This document shows, one piece after another, positions 1 to 12,399 of a stretch of DNA of 64,000 nucleotides. The stretch spans positions 71,114,001 through 71,178,000 of the forward strand of contig OX597815.1 in assembly GCA_951406725.2 (NCBI GenBank), in the 5' to 3' direction. The notes under the pieces were generated by a model. It searched no databases. It was given only the letters and a program-made list of their open reading frames with translations, and was not told where the DNA came from. Made by a program: the position numbers and the translations under genes. Numbering within the stretch: the stretch's first letter is position 1; each line of letters opens with the position of its first letter. The stretch comes from Octopus vulgaris. Taxonomy: Eukaryota.

Positions 1-48
<48 letters not shown>
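1..48. repeat. (AT)n microsatellite, one of dozens of (AT)n, (GT)n, (GA)n, (TATC)n and (TACA)n runs in the window
   Basis: Direct sequence. Confidence 0.98.
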
Positions 49-53
<5 letters not shown>

Positions 54-56
54 CAT

Positions 57-365
57 AGGCGTAGGAGTGGCTGTTTGGTAAGTAGCTAGCTTACGAATCA
101 CATGGTTCCGGGTTCAGTCCCACTGCGTGGCACCTTGGGCCAAGTATCGACTAAAACCTTGTGAGTGGATTTGGTAGACGGAAACCGAAGGAAGCCCGTC
201 GTATATATGCTGGTGTGTTTACGTCCCCGTAACTTAGCGGTTCGGAAAAAAGACCGATAGAATAAGTACTAGGCTTACAAAGAATAAGTCCTGGCGTCGA
301 TTTGCTCGACTAAAGGCGGTGCTCCAGCATGGCCAGTCAAATGACTGAAACAAATAAAAGAGTAA
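57..365 (+). mobile_element. tRNA-derived SINE, family A
   Basis: Head GGCGTAGGAGTGGCTGTTTGGTAAG...GGTTCAGTCC with A/B-box-like motifs and tail TGACTGAAACAAATAAAAGAG; homologous copies at 16345, 29352, 30005, 37165, 42345, 62630. Confidence 0.9.
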
Positions 366-384
366 AAGGTAAATATATATATAT

Positions 385-592
385 GTGTAGGAGTGGCCGT
401 GTGATAGGAAGCTTGCTGCCGAACCACATGGTTCCAGGTCCAGGAATCGAAACAACAATCTTGCGATCATTGAGTCCAATACTCTAACCACTAATCCACG
501 TGCCTCTGCTTCCAATCCTTTCGGGGTTGATAAAATAAAATACCAGTCAATGGGATCGATGTAATCGACTAATTCACTCCTGCAATAGAAAT
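385..592. mobile_element. Chimeric SINE fragments (A head forward, C-like head reverse, B body forward)
   Basis: Short pieces matching the other copies of each family in the window. Confidence 0.6.
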
Positions 593-619
593 AATTATTT
601 GATCTTTCTTTTTATTGTG

Positions 620-905
620 AAGCCGTGTGGCCCGGTGGTTAGGGGTATTACACTCGCGGTTTCGATTCCTAGACCGAGCACCGCGTTGCGTTACGTAGTA
701 TTTTGATCGTGAGCAAAACACTTCATTTCACGTTACTCCAGTCCACTCAAATAAGAGTTTCAGCTGTGGCTAGGAAGTTAACCCTATGACGGATCATCGT
801 CCCGTTCAGGGGTGAGAAAGAATGCTATAATCTCAGTCACTTATACACCATGGAAACTGGATTAAATACTGGCTTTATGAGACCCAGAGCTCATGACAGA
901 CCTAA
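620..905 (+). mobile_element. tRNA-derived SINE, family C
   Basis: TGGCCCGGTGGTTAGG...TTCGATTCC head; core GAGCAAAACACTTCATTTCACGTT..TCCAGTCCACTC shared with copies at 1650, 7950, 45860, 48930. Confidence 0.8.
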
Positions 906-949
906 GATCTTGATCCAGTTCTTTCCTCCTCCTCCTCCTCCTCCTCCTC

Positions 950-982
<33 letters not shown>

Positions 983-1649
983 TTACACGGTTTTCTTGCA
1001 GTATAATTTATGCCGGTAATGTAATGGTTTCTATGAGCAAAAATACACGTTCAATATCTATAGGAATCGAAGGAAGGTTTGTGGGATGCGGTACGAATCT
1101 GGGACCAAAAGGAGGAGGAGGAGAGAGTGAGAGAGAGAGGGGGGGGGGAGATAAAGGGTTGAAAAGAAAAACGGGCGTAAAACAGATAAAGAGAGAGAGA
1201 GAGAGAGAGAGAGGGAAGAGAAAAAATAAGTGTGTGTGTGTGTGCGCGCACGTGTATGCTAGAGTGGGTAATTGATTCAATATATTGCTGTGAGCCTTAT
1301 TATAAATGGAAGCTGATATGCAACGACTAAGCTGTGTAGAATTGACGGAAGGAATGTAAGCAAAAACGTATGCTATCCTTCTTCGTATTAATCAAAGAAA
1401 CTATGATTAATATTTCATGGCTATCGACAAGTTATCGATGCAATAGCATATTTTATTCAGTTTCACAACACTTCATAGTGTTTTGATTTTGTCTTTTTTT
1501 TATGCTTTTTATTGTTTTTCACAATCTAAGTTCCTAATATATTAACATAAATTATAAAGCCAGAAGGCTTATACACATAGAGAAGGAGGAATACAATTTT
1601 AAGAAACGAGTGATAACGAAATTTTCGAGTATCCTTGAAGGGAAAGTAA

Positions 1650-1912
1650 AGGTGATTGGCTTAGTGGTTAGGATGTTGCACTCACAATTGTAAGAGAGTA
1701 GTCTCGATTCCCAGACCGGACGAAGCGTTGTATTGTGTTGTTGTGTAAAACACTTCATTTCACGTTCCTCCAGTCCACTCAGCTGTAAATGAGTAACCCG
1801 CGCAACGAACTGGAGTCCCGTTCAAAGAGAACTATGTGATCTCGGTCATTTATATGCTATAGAAACAGGGAAAATGACCCCACGATTCGTAGGACTTGAG
1901 ACAGTACTTACT
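1650..1912 (+). mobile_element. SINE family C
   Basis: TGGCTTAGTGGTTAGG...CTCGATTCCCAGACCGG head plus the shared core. Confidence 0.8.
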
Positions 1913-2211
1913 TGAAAGGGAAGATGGTTATTTGATTTTGAAGAATTAAAATGTGTGCTGATCTAGAAAGTTTTTAAAAACCCACAAATATAAATAAAAA
2001 CAAGGTAGTAAAAATGACAAAACAAAATTTATTGAATTCTGGTTTGATAATTCCTTTGAGATTTTTTTTAACAAATTAAAACACAGAAAGATAATATTAA
2101 TAATAATGATCCCATATCCACAAACAGCAATTTTGTGGGTGGGGCAAGTCGATAACATCCAGCGATAACGTCCGGCGTAGTGTCGATTCTGCCGCCTTGG
2201 TGATGATGATG

Positions 2212-2248
<37 letters not shown>

Positions 2249-2249
<1 letters not shown>

Positions 2250-2463
2250 CCTTTCTGCTATAGGTACAAGGCCTGAAATTTGGTGGGAGGGGACTAGTCG
2301 ATTACATAGACTCCCAGTGTTTAACTGGTACATAATTTATTGACGCCGAAAGGATGAAAGGCAAAGTCGACCTCGGCAGCATTTAAACCTAGAACCTAAA
2401 GACGGACGAAATGCCACTAAGCATTTTGCCCGGCGCTGTAACGATTCCGCTAGCTCATCGCCT
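2249..2463 (-). mobile_element. SINE family B, tail type 1, ending in (ATT)n
   Basis: Reverse of GGCG..GAGCT.GC.GAATCGTT...GCCGAGGTCGACTTTGCCTTTCATCCTTTCGG...GGCCTTGT.CCTATAG. Confidence 0.9.
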
Positions 2464-2497
2464 AATAATAATAATAATAATAATAGTAATAATAATA

Positions 2498-2712
2498 ATC
2501 CTTTCTACAATAAGTACAAGGCCTGAAATTTTGGGGGAGGGGGTTAGTCGATTACATCGACCCCAGAGTTTCACCAGTACTTAATTTATCGACCCCCAAA
2601 AGAATGAAAGGCAGAGTCAACCCCGGCAGCATTTGAACCTAGAACGTGAAGACAGACGAAATACCGCAAAGCATTTCGCCCGGCGTGCTAACGATTCTGT
2701 CAGCTCGCCACT
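2498..2712 (-). mobile_element. SINE family B, tail type 1
   Basis: Second adjacent copy in the same orientation. Confidence 0.9.
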
Positions 2713-2744
2713 TTAATGATAATAATGGTAATAATAATAATAAT

Positions 2745-3804
2745 CCCAGAATGAGATGTACTGGAAACAAACACAGAAAAAGCTAAGCGTATGAAAATTC
2801 GTGCTTAAATTGCTGCCTTCGATAATCTTATTGATAAATGAATGGCAAGGAAAACCTCTCAATGGCAAATACCTAAAGAGAGCTAATAATAACGATGTTG
2901 ACAAAGCCCTTACCCATCAATGGCTTAAAGTTAGAGACAGAGGGTTTATTATAACAGCCCAAGATCACTGTCTACCTACAAGGAGCTACCAGGCCAACAT
3001 ATTAAAGAACGGCAGTAGCCCAACATGTCGTGTATGTCAACAACAAAATGAAACCATCGATTGTGTTGTCTCCATGTGTAGTCTTCTTGCGCCTACAGAG
3101 TATCTCAACGGGCACAATAGCGCAGCACAATATATTCACCGGGTAATTTTCAAGAACTTGGACCTGCCCTATGTTAAAAACTGGTAGGAACACAAACCAT
3201 CTCCAGTGCTTGAAAATGATCCCAACTCACTCCTCTGGAACTTCACTGTTCAAAATGACAGAAGGATAGATGCGAATAGGCCATTTTTGTCTGAAGTCCT
3301 TCAATATAATGATACTGAAATACTTCAGACAAAAATCATGCCTTCTCATCGATATCACTGTCCCAATCGATATAAATGTGTCTTTCAAGACCTACCAAAA
3401 ACTGAGCCAGTATAAAGATCTTGAAATAAAAATTGGCAAAATGTTAAACCTCAAGATTAAAACAATACCTGATGTCATAGGTCCCCTACGTGTAATAGCA
3501 AAAGGGGATGATTGCTACCTAGCTCAGATACCAGGAAATCCAAAAATGGCAGTAATTAAAAAAATAGTGCTTATGGGAACTGCCCATATCCTATGTAATA
3601 TGCTATGTAATTCCAAATTTTAAAACAAACTTATGATTTTCTGATGTTTTCTTAGACATTCTCTAGAATAATTCTTTGTGCAAAACCAAATATGTGGCAC
3701 CCTAGTCATAACACCAACTTGAACTTCTAACTTGTTGCCTCTTGAGGTCACTGGGTGAGACTTGGAGTCATCTTGTATAAATACAAAGCAAAAGCCAAAT
3801 ATAC
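2745..3804 (+). mobile_element. 5'-truncated R4/Dong-like non-LTR retrotransposon, copy 1 (zinc knuckle, RLE endonuclease, 3'UTR); degraded
   Basis: AQDHCLPTRSY, CRVCQQQNETIDCVVSMC, RRIDANRP, CLLIDITVP...KLSQYKDL across frameshifts; followed by (TAA)n. Confidence 0.88.
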
Positions 3805-3818
3805 TAATAATAATAATG

Positions 3819-3908
<90 letters not shown>

Positions 3909-3930
3909 ATTATAATGATAATAATAATGT

Positions 3931-3965
<35 letters not shown>

Positions 3966-4090
3966 GTGGTTGTGGTGGTGGTGGTGGTGGTGGTGGTTGT
4001 GGTGGTGGTGGTGGTGGTGGTGGTGGTGGTGGTGGTGGTGGTGGTGGTGGTGGTGGTGGTGGTGATGATGATGATGATGATGATGATGAC
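3805..4090. repeat. Compound triplet microsatellite (TAA)n-(TTA)n-(TGA)n-(TGG)n-(TGA)n
   Basis: Direct sequence; source of the poly-I/T/N/G/H ORFs. Confidence 0.97.
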
Positions 4091-4580
4091 CATTTCGTAC
4101 TCTCCAATACAAATAGACAGAAAAATTGACTGCAATCGACCAGATATTGTGTTCAAGGGCTACAACAAAGGAACTTGTCTATTAATAGATATGTCTATGC
4201 CACAAGATCAAAATGTCTCAAGAAAGGAATATAAAAAGCTTTCTCACAACAAAATTCTGCAAATTGAAATCACAAAAATGTGGAAGCATAGTACTACGAT
4301 AATACCAGCAATAATTGGTGCATCGGGAATGATAAAGAAGGGACCTGAGAAGTATATTAAGCAACTCCTTGTTAACTCCAATCTCCGTGAACTACGAATG
4401 ATAACCTTCATTGGTATAGCCAATATACTACGGAAAGCACTCTGCATTTAAAATGGAATAAATGTGGTGATAATTTTAGCATGCATAGCAAAACAAAAGT
4501 GCCTTGCTACTCTTGGCCTCCGGAGGATGCCCGGTACTAAGGCAGCTGAAATAAAGTTATAATAAAAGGAAACCATAAAT
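4091..4580 (+). mobile_element. R4/Dong-like element copy 2 (RLE C-terminus and 3'UTR)
   Basis: IDRKIDCNRPDIVFK...CLLIDMSMPQDQNV..KEYKKL...IIPAIIGASGMIKK; followed by TAA repeats. Confidence 0.88.
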
Positions 4581-4611
4581 GATAATAATAATAATAGTAA
4601 CAACAAGAAAA

Positions 4612-5846
4612 ATAATGACAGGATTTAGGATGCACCACACAAAATCTCACATAGAAAGGTTATATATATACAACGTATCGAAGGTAGTAGAGGCTTTATA
4701 CAGCTAGAAAACTATTACAAAATAAGCACCATAGGACTACAAAAATACCTACTTCAAAAGCAAGGAAAACTTATACATGTTGGCATGTAGTTTTAAGTTA
4801 TTTATTGAGATTTTACGACTCAAATAAATGTTGAAGATCAGAGCAAATCCGATTACCTGCTTTCAGTCTTTAAGGAAACTGACAAATACAAAAAAAGAAG
4901 TCATAGTACTTAACAACTATGAAGAAAAATAAGAAACAACAAAAACTGTAAAAGGACTGAAATCCAAACTAAAACTAGAATAGCAACGGATCATGATAAA
5001 ACGATGGCAAAAGCCCCTTCACGGCAAATATTGGGTTAAACTAAATAGAAAAAATAGACAAAGCAAAATCCCAACATTGGCTGAGAAGCTCGGGAATCAA
5101 AGCAGAGACTGGAGGAATTTTAATTGCAGCACAAGATCAAAGCCTTCCCACCAGAAATTACCAAAAGCATGCTATGAAAAGAAATAGAAGTAACTGAGAA
5201 TATGCGGAGATGGAGAAGAAACAATAAATCATATTGTCTCTGGCTGCCCATTCCTGGCTAAGAAAGAATATATTCACAGACGCTACAGAGTTGGGACCTA
5301 TATACACTGGGAAGCTATGCCAACCCTATGGAATAACAACAACAACAAGAAAAGATGGTATAGGCACACACCAGAAAAGGTCACAGAAAATGAGAGAGCA
5401 GCTATACTCTGGAATATGCCAATACACACAGAAAGAGAAATTAAGGCCAATAAATCGGATATAGTTGTCAGAGATCACGAAGAAAAAAATGCTTTCTAAT
5501 TGATGTATCAATACCAGCAGATGACAATGTTTCTCTAAAAGAAATGGAGAAACTTTCAAAATACAAAGATCTGGAAATAAAGGTAACTCGAATGTGGAGT
5601 CTAAAAACAGAAACAATTTCCGTCATAGTAGGTGCGTTAGGTATGATAAAAAAATATTCAGACAAATACATAACAAAAACACCAGGACTAACAAGTATAT
5701 GTAACGTACTGAAATGGCACTACTATGTACCGCATACATTTTACGTAAAACACTTTCAATACAGAAAAATAAGAGCATTACAACAAACCACAGCACATAC
5801 CCAAGGTACACTCGGTAGTGCATGTGATAAAAATAAGACTACTGAA
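4612..5846 (+). mobile_element. R4/Dong-like element copy 3; degraded
   Basis: ERLYIQRIEGSRG, WQKPLHGKY, ETINHIVSGCPFLAKKEY, ILWNMPIHTEREIKANKSDIVV, EKLSKYKDLEI; followed by (TAA)n. Confidence 0.88.
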
Positions 5847-5850
5847 TAAC

Positions 5851-5906
<56 letters not shown>

Positions 5907-5933
5907 TAATAATAATAATGATGATGATGATGG

Positions 5934-5986
<53 letters not shown>

Positions 5987-6000
5987 GCAATAATAATAAT
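5847..6000. repeat. (TAA)n/(TGA)n microsatellite
   Basis: Direct sequence. Confidence 0.97.
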
Positions 6001-6292
6001 AAAGATGGGCTGCAGCTAATATTCTGCTCATTACCATAGATTTGCTTGTCACTTGTTTGATCTTAACCAGCTGAGCATGTCCAATAGTGGCTGAAGATAT
6101 GTGCATCTCTGATCACGGAAAGAAGTAGTGGTGGAACATCATAGGCAGGTGCTGAGAGGAATTCTATGGGGTTTGGATTATTCACCTCTGGAAACATGGA
6201 TGTTTCGTTCAACATCTTTAAACAACCCTTAATGGACCTTTTGAGCGGGATGGGCTACTCGACCTGAAGAAAATTCTAACTTGGCCCCACCT
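6001..6292. mobile_element. Unclassified interspersed-repeat fragment
   Basis: GC-richer block embedded between triplet repeats; no interpretable ORF; repeat status inferred, single copy in this window. Confidence 0.35.
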
Positions 6293-6315
6293 GTCTCAGT
6301 AGTAGTAACAATAAT

Positions 6316-6462
6316 AATCCTTTCTACTATAGGCACAAGGCCTGAAATTATTTTGGGGAGGGGGTGAGTCGATCACATCGACCCCACTAATTCACTGGTA
6401 CTTAATTCATCGAACCCTGAAATGATGAAAAGCAAAGTCGACCGTGGCGGCATTTGAACTCA
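6316..6462 (-). mobile_element. SINE family B, 5'-truncated
   Basis: AATCCTTTCTACTATAGGCACAAGGCCTGAAATT...AAAGTCGACC..GGCGGCATTTGAACTC. Confidence 0.85.
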
Positions 6463-7204
6463 TAAAATATTTATAAATTTTGAACTGATATTATTGAGCT
6501 ATCTTCATAAAGAATATTGTATTGTGATATCAATAATAATAAGAATAGGGGTGTCTACATTTTACATGATTTTACATAACTTCAATTCTTTGAGTAAATA
6601 TGATATACTTCATATGTGCATTTAATCTAAGATCAATAAACGGCTGCTGCAGATTCTGATAAACTTGAGGCTCGAGATACCCAGAAATTTTTAATCTATT
6701 ATAATATATTCGAAGCATATTTTGAGAAATGAAGAATTCAAATTATATCAAATATACAATTTTGGATTTTCAGTTTATCGTTTTAATGCCGCTTTTTCCA
6801 GAAGACTTCATATTAGAAATTACCATTTCGTGGTTATGAACGCTATAGTATATGTACCACCACCAATAAATTCGCTTTGCTGAAAGTAATGTTGGGTTCT
6901 TTTCTGTCATAAACAACAGGGCATGTAGTTTTAAGTTATTTATTGAGAATTTACGGCTCAAATAAATGTTTAAGATCAGAGCAAATCCGATTACCTTTTG
7001 TTTTATTTTATTTAATATTTTGTTTTTGTTTTTAAAATAAAGGATTTATTTTTGTACAATGATAACATTGTCATCCTACATTTGCCATGTAGGTGAAAAA
7101 ATCCCGGTAAAAGTGATATGAGACAATCACCAATGGTTAGTTGAGCAACATCAACGAATGGAAAGAGAGGAAATATGGGAAAATGAGAAAATGCTGATGA
7201 TTAG

Positions 7205-7382
7205 GGAAAATTCGCGGTATTTACTAGCGAACTATTCAAACTCGCGTTTAAGCTGCACCTCTAATTTAGGGTTAAATCTTGGTACGAAAATGTTCCTCTA
7301 CATAGTTTTAACGTTCCCATGTGTATAAGTCACACTCCAGTTTTTATAAAATAGCGTGACTTATTCACAAGTAAATATGGTA
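7205..7382. mobile_element. Tc1/mariner (pogo/Tc2-like) DNA transposon terminus remnant
   Basis: Ends GTGACTTATTCACAAGTAAATATGGTA, resembling the reverse of TACCGTATTT..CGTGTATAAG type TIRs; internal inverted GTGTATAAGTCAC. Confidence 0.5.
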
Positions 7383-7720
7383 AGTAAGTAGGTAGGTAAG
7401 TGGGTAGGTAGGTATCTGAGAGTCTATTACAGTACGCTTGCACCACTTACGGGACTTTGGATTTTCTAACGATTAAAAGGGTGTTCTAGATCTTACACGA
7501 CAGCAAGAAAAAGTATGTCTTCAGTATTTAAATATAATTTAAACATCAATGTTTTTATATATTGAACTAACAAGTGACCATATATCGAGCGTTGTAGAAT
7601 TTACAATATCTTTATTACGATGGCTAGCTGCTAGGATCGTTAGAACATTGGACTAATGTTTAGCTGCATTTCTTCCGATTCTTTACGTTCTGAATTCAAA
7701 CACCGCTAAGGACGCACTCT

Positions 7721-7782
<62 letters not shown>

Positions 7783-7866
7783 ACACACACACACACGCGT
7801 TCGTGTGTGCATACATACCTGTATGTATATACACAAGCGTGTGTGTATATACACCTACCTGTAACC

Positions 7867-7917
<51 letters not shown>

Positions 7918-7949
7918 GGTGTGTATATATGTATGTATGTATGTATTTA

Positions 7950-8141
7950 TGTAGGGTAAAGGCAAATGCCAATACAGCTTGGCAGCAGTGACGTCGCAAC
8001 TCATTTCTACAGCTGACTGAACTGGAGCATCGTGAAATAAAGCGTCTTGCACACGAATACAACACAGAGCCCTGTCCGGAAATCGAACTCACTACCTCAT
8101 GATTGTAAGCCCCACGCTCTAACCACTGAGCCATGCACCTT
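7950..8141 (-). mobile_element. SINE family C
   Basis: Minus strand reads GCATGGCTCAGTGGTTAGAGCGTGGGGCTTACAATCATGAGG..GAGTTCGATTTCC (tRNA-like head) plus the shared core. Confidence 0.85.
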
Positions 8142-8145
8142 CATG

Positions 8146-8240
<95 letters not shown>

Positions 8241-8269
8241 CATTAAACAGTAGTGTGTATTATATATCA

Positions 8270-9410
8270 CCCACTTGATGCTCCAAATCATGGGGATTCA
8301 TTTGAAGAGAGCCTCCAAAAAAATGAAAAAGCGTTGGCTTCCTCTCATGTGGGTCGCTGCACGGTCTGAGGCGTGCAGAATATCTGCTTGACCTCACAAT
8401 TATGCTCTTTATGGAGCAAATAGTGCTCCACCGAGCATGGGGAAAAAGATGTCCTGGACCTCTGCTTCAAAAATAATGCGACGTTCATCCATAATGTTAA
8501 GAGGACACCGATGATTTTCTCAAACTATAGCTTAATAGAGCTGATGGTGTATAATCCGCAGGAGACTACGGACATGCAGGCTGCTGGAGGCGCTCGGCTC
8601 CTCTCCAGTATGAGCTTTCACAGAGATGTTTGAGAGGGTATCGAGAAAAAGATCATGGAACAAAACTAGTCTACCAATCCCTCTACGCGAGATATTGACA
8701 TAGGGCGGTTGCACTTTGTGACAATCAAGCACAACATAAGTTTGCTCCAGACAGAGCACCAAACCTACAGAAGAATATACTTTCCAGGGAAAGGAGGATT
8801 CTGACGAGACGGCGGGCGGAAATCTCAGATCGCCTAGATGGGCCACTGGGGGATAACAAACGATCATGTCTCAGGCAAACATTGCTCGAGACTGAAAATG
8901 AACTCAAACACTCCCATGAATATGAGGGGGTGGTAAAGGAAGCCAGAGCTGTCGGAAGTGTTGTGACAAACCCTAAAGTCTTCTGTGGATATATAGGGGA
9001 GTCTGCTTCGGTGTAGTACAGGATGGGATCGCTGTTTGAAGAAAATGACTCGCTGAATGCGGACCCCAGTGGATTAGTGAGGTCCTGAATGTGCGATGCA
9101 AGAGTGTTTTCACCACTCCATTAGGGTACTTACAGGTAGCTACGCTTGATGGGTTCTTTGGCACCACAGATCCACACAACTGTTGATAGCATCAAAATAG
9201 AAGAAACAGTTGCAATATCGGTCATTGATGAAATGAGCTCAAAATCAGTCTCAGGCTCTGATGGATTCCCAGAAATCCTCCTGAAGAAAAGCAGAGGGTC
9301 TCTGGCAAGGCCACTTCAGATTCTCTTCCGGGGCTTCCTCGCAACTGGGAGACTTCCTAAAAGCTAAAAGAAGGCATAACATATCCTATCCATGAGGGAA
9401 GTAGCAGAGC
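8270..9410 (+). mobile_element. Degraded LINE ORF2 fragment (APE endonuclease C-terminus to pre-RT region), CR1/L2/Jockey group
   Basis: GKDVLDLCFKNN...TPMIFSNY (LDL..SDH-like) and SGSDGFPEILLKK...LARPLQILF....GRLP (GPDG-like motif). Confidence 0.8.
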
Positions 9411-9429
9411 TACTGTTCTTATTTTATCT

Positions 9430-9478
9430 TGTGTCCGGAAATCTTTCGTCACACATGTGTGACCTCTTCAGCGTCACA
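9430..9478 (-). ncRNA. Type I hammerhead ribozyme motif
   Basis: Minus strand TGTGACG-CTGAAGA-G-GTCACA-CATG-TGTGAC-GAAA-GATT-TC-CGGACACA; core intact, stem I imperfect. Confidence 0.65.
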
Positions 9479-10046
9479 GAACCTTTCCGTCCACGTGTAT
9501 CCTCCTGTTCTGCTTAGTCCATTCTAAAGGACAGAATGGATTAAGCGGAGTGTACACACACACGCGCGCGCACGCGCATATAGTAAAAGTGAAAGATATA
9601 TTAATATACAATATACATACTCACGAGTTGGTGTGTGTGCGTGTGCGGGTGCGGGTGCGGGTGCGCGCGTGTGCGTACATGCTTCCAAAGCTTCTGACAT
9701 TTGCCAAAAATTTCAAGATATATCAGGCGTTTTATTATTTATAGCGACAAGAATATGAAATCTATGAGATCTTGATTAGTTTTGACTGGGTCATGTTGAC
9801 CCAGCGTAGTCTGTGACAGGTATTAGGTGAACGGAAAAGGACATATGTCAAGAGAAGAAAACGTTACACTTTGGATTTGTGTGGAAACAGCATATATAAC
9901 GACAAACATTTATATAAGATCACAAACTGAAATACACTTCTATGTATATAATGAATATACCATATGCGTATCCGTACGTATATGCATATCTATATGTACG
10001 TAAGTATGCATAGACTTTTATATGCATATATGTATATGTATGTACA

Positions 10047-10093
<47 letters not shown>

Positions 10094-10105
10094 TTATTAA
10101 TCTAT

Positions 10106-10191
<86 letters not shown>

Positions 10192-10402
10192 TATACACAC
10201 AAACACACACACATAAAGGACCATATCACTCTCTCTCTCTCTCTCGTTCCATATTTCTTTTCTTCTTCTTCACTTTTTTCTTTTTCTCCCTCCAACTCCA
10301 CCACCTCCTCTTCACCCATCACTTTCTCTCTATCTTTTATCTTGCTTTTTTCGTGTGTATACATGTCTGCGTGCGCGCGAGCGTGTATGTGAGTGAGTGT
10401 GA

Positions 10403-10459
<57 letters not shown>

Positions 10460-10489
10460 TGTGTATGTGTGTGTAAATGCGAGTGTTTG

Positions 10490-11640
10490 TGTTTTTTATT
10501 TGTTGAATCTGGGAAAAGGGATAGCGTCCATGATTTTTGCACGCCCTCTGGGATCAGTGAGGTGGATGGCGTTAATGTCCCGTTTAAACATTTAAACTGC
10601 CGCAGGTAAACTCGCAGGAATAAAATGAGCAGCGAAGAGATTCCAGCGGGAGTGTTTGCATAGAAAGGACTGGGATAGTGGTAGATGTGGTATGGAGTTT
10701 GGTTGCAACAAGGGTGACGAGAAGTAAATGGACAAGTCGGTCTGGGGTGCCCGAGTGATGGAGAAATGAGTCTAGCAGTTATAAGAAACAGAGGCAATTA
10801 TGGTAGGGAGAGAAAAGACAAAGAGAAGAGAAAGCATGGCTGTGGACCAGAAATTGGACTGCTTAGCAATAACGTTGTTCCAAATATTGGAATAGTACTT
10901 GATGGTGGACTTCACTTGAGCCTTGTAGAGTTGGAGTCTAAACTATCTTCTATCTTTGAAGAGAAGAGTTAGTTATGGAGATGTTCTATGTTACGCATGT
11001 GCTGCTTTCACCAAGAAAGACATTCGGCGATAGTGAGGTCCAACAGTTGGACTAAAAGTGAGGGTTCTGGTTGAGTCCCAGCAATGTTTAGAGAGGGTGG
11101 TTGCTGCGGTAATTTTCCTTATATAAGTAGTACTTGTGAGCTTTTTTTCACTGTTAACAGAGACAAGTTTGGCGTGGAGAATACTCTCAAGGCATTCGTC
11201 TATGGAATCAATGCAGGCTTAATGTGAGGTGTATCGCTTGCGTGTGGCTGATGCATGGTTGGGGAAGTTAAGGAACAATGAAAGGTCGTGCCATCTACAT
11301 AAGAATGGTCATTCTTGGATGCGGCGGCAAGTAGGCCATTGATGTACAGATGAAAAAAGGCAGAAGATAGAATCAAACACAGGGAAAGGGAAATTCCGGA
11401 GTTGATTGAGCTGGGGCAGAAAAAAAGCTCCAACAAGCACCTGCTGCAATAGTTAATTCTTATAAAAAGCAATCGATCCCAGCGATGAAGTATAGGTGAA
11501 GTCCGCAGACAGAAAGCTTTGACTGAAAATTTACTTAACAGGTATGGTGGAAGGCTTTGCTGATGTCTAGGGCAAAAACATTGCTTTCGCCGAACTTCTC
11601 TAAAGTGAGAGCGCACTGATGGGTGACATAAGACAATGGG
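10490..11640 (-). mobile_element. Degraded LINE 3' part (RT domain and C-terminus), CR1/L2 group
   Basis: FALDISKAF, SINSG..., FHLYINGLL, HSYVDGTTF (YADD-like) on the minus strand. Confidence 0.85.
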
Positions 11641-12330
11641 TCTCCACACACATACATATATACATACATATATACACACATGTATAAACAGTAATGAAAC
11701 ATACACGCTTGTGTTCCATTATGATACGCATACACATGCGCACATTTATAGAGATGATCAGTATCAACAAATAAAACTGCTTGGGTTTAATATACAAAAT
11801 ATTCATAGATATATACATGTAAACAGAGAGAAAGATAAGACTGAAAATATTCAGACAATGAGTATCCATGTATAAATATGTAGATATTTATATATTAACA
11901 GAGCAGACTTATACAGAGTGCAAAGACACGAGAAATTAGGAGGAGAATGTATGATAATACAGGTCCGATCTAATCCAAGCGGTTTATTTGTTTATTTGCA
12001 TCATTATCTCTATATCTGCTCGCCTGGATTTTTCTTGACCTCGCGGATTTAGTCCTCAATAAAGATATCGGAGTAAAAGTTCAAACCATTTGAACGCAGC
12101 TGTCTCCTATATTGCACATGCATGTATACGTATTTCTAAAATCGTTATTACCCTGGTACTATTAATTGTGTATAATGATTTCTGGAAAATTCGTTCGAAG
12201 AAATTGCTGGCATCTTTTTGCTGCCGACAAAAAACTGCGCTTGCGCGGTGGATTTAAACAAATTAAAATGTATTAGCAAGAGGCACATGCTGGATTGGCC
12301 TCGTGTATATATGTGTTTAATCTTGGCGTA

Positions 12331-12399
12331 CCTGTTGACGAAGACTTCGACTAGAAAACTTTTTCATTTGCTAAAAATAGTCAGAAACCATGGTCCAGG
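12331..12399 (+). ncRNA. Type I hammerhead motif, C3U variant, copy 1
   Basis: CCTG-TTGACGA-A-GACT...AGTC-A-GAAA-CCATGG-TC-CAGG. Confidence 0.7.

Noticed and set aside
850-1275. 141-aa ORF with poly-P/poly-T
   Set aside because: Translation of (CCT)n, (ACT)n, (GA)n and (GT)n microsatellites; no domain
3620-4156. Long homopolymeric ORFs (poly-I/T/N/G/H)
   Set aside because: Triplet microsatellite; only the 4091-4451 part of the 3762-4451 ORF is meaningful (retroelement RLE)
8070-8141. tRNA-like sequences here and at other SINE heads
   Set aside because: Acceptor and anticodon stems do not pair and each continues into a SINE body; not tRNA genes
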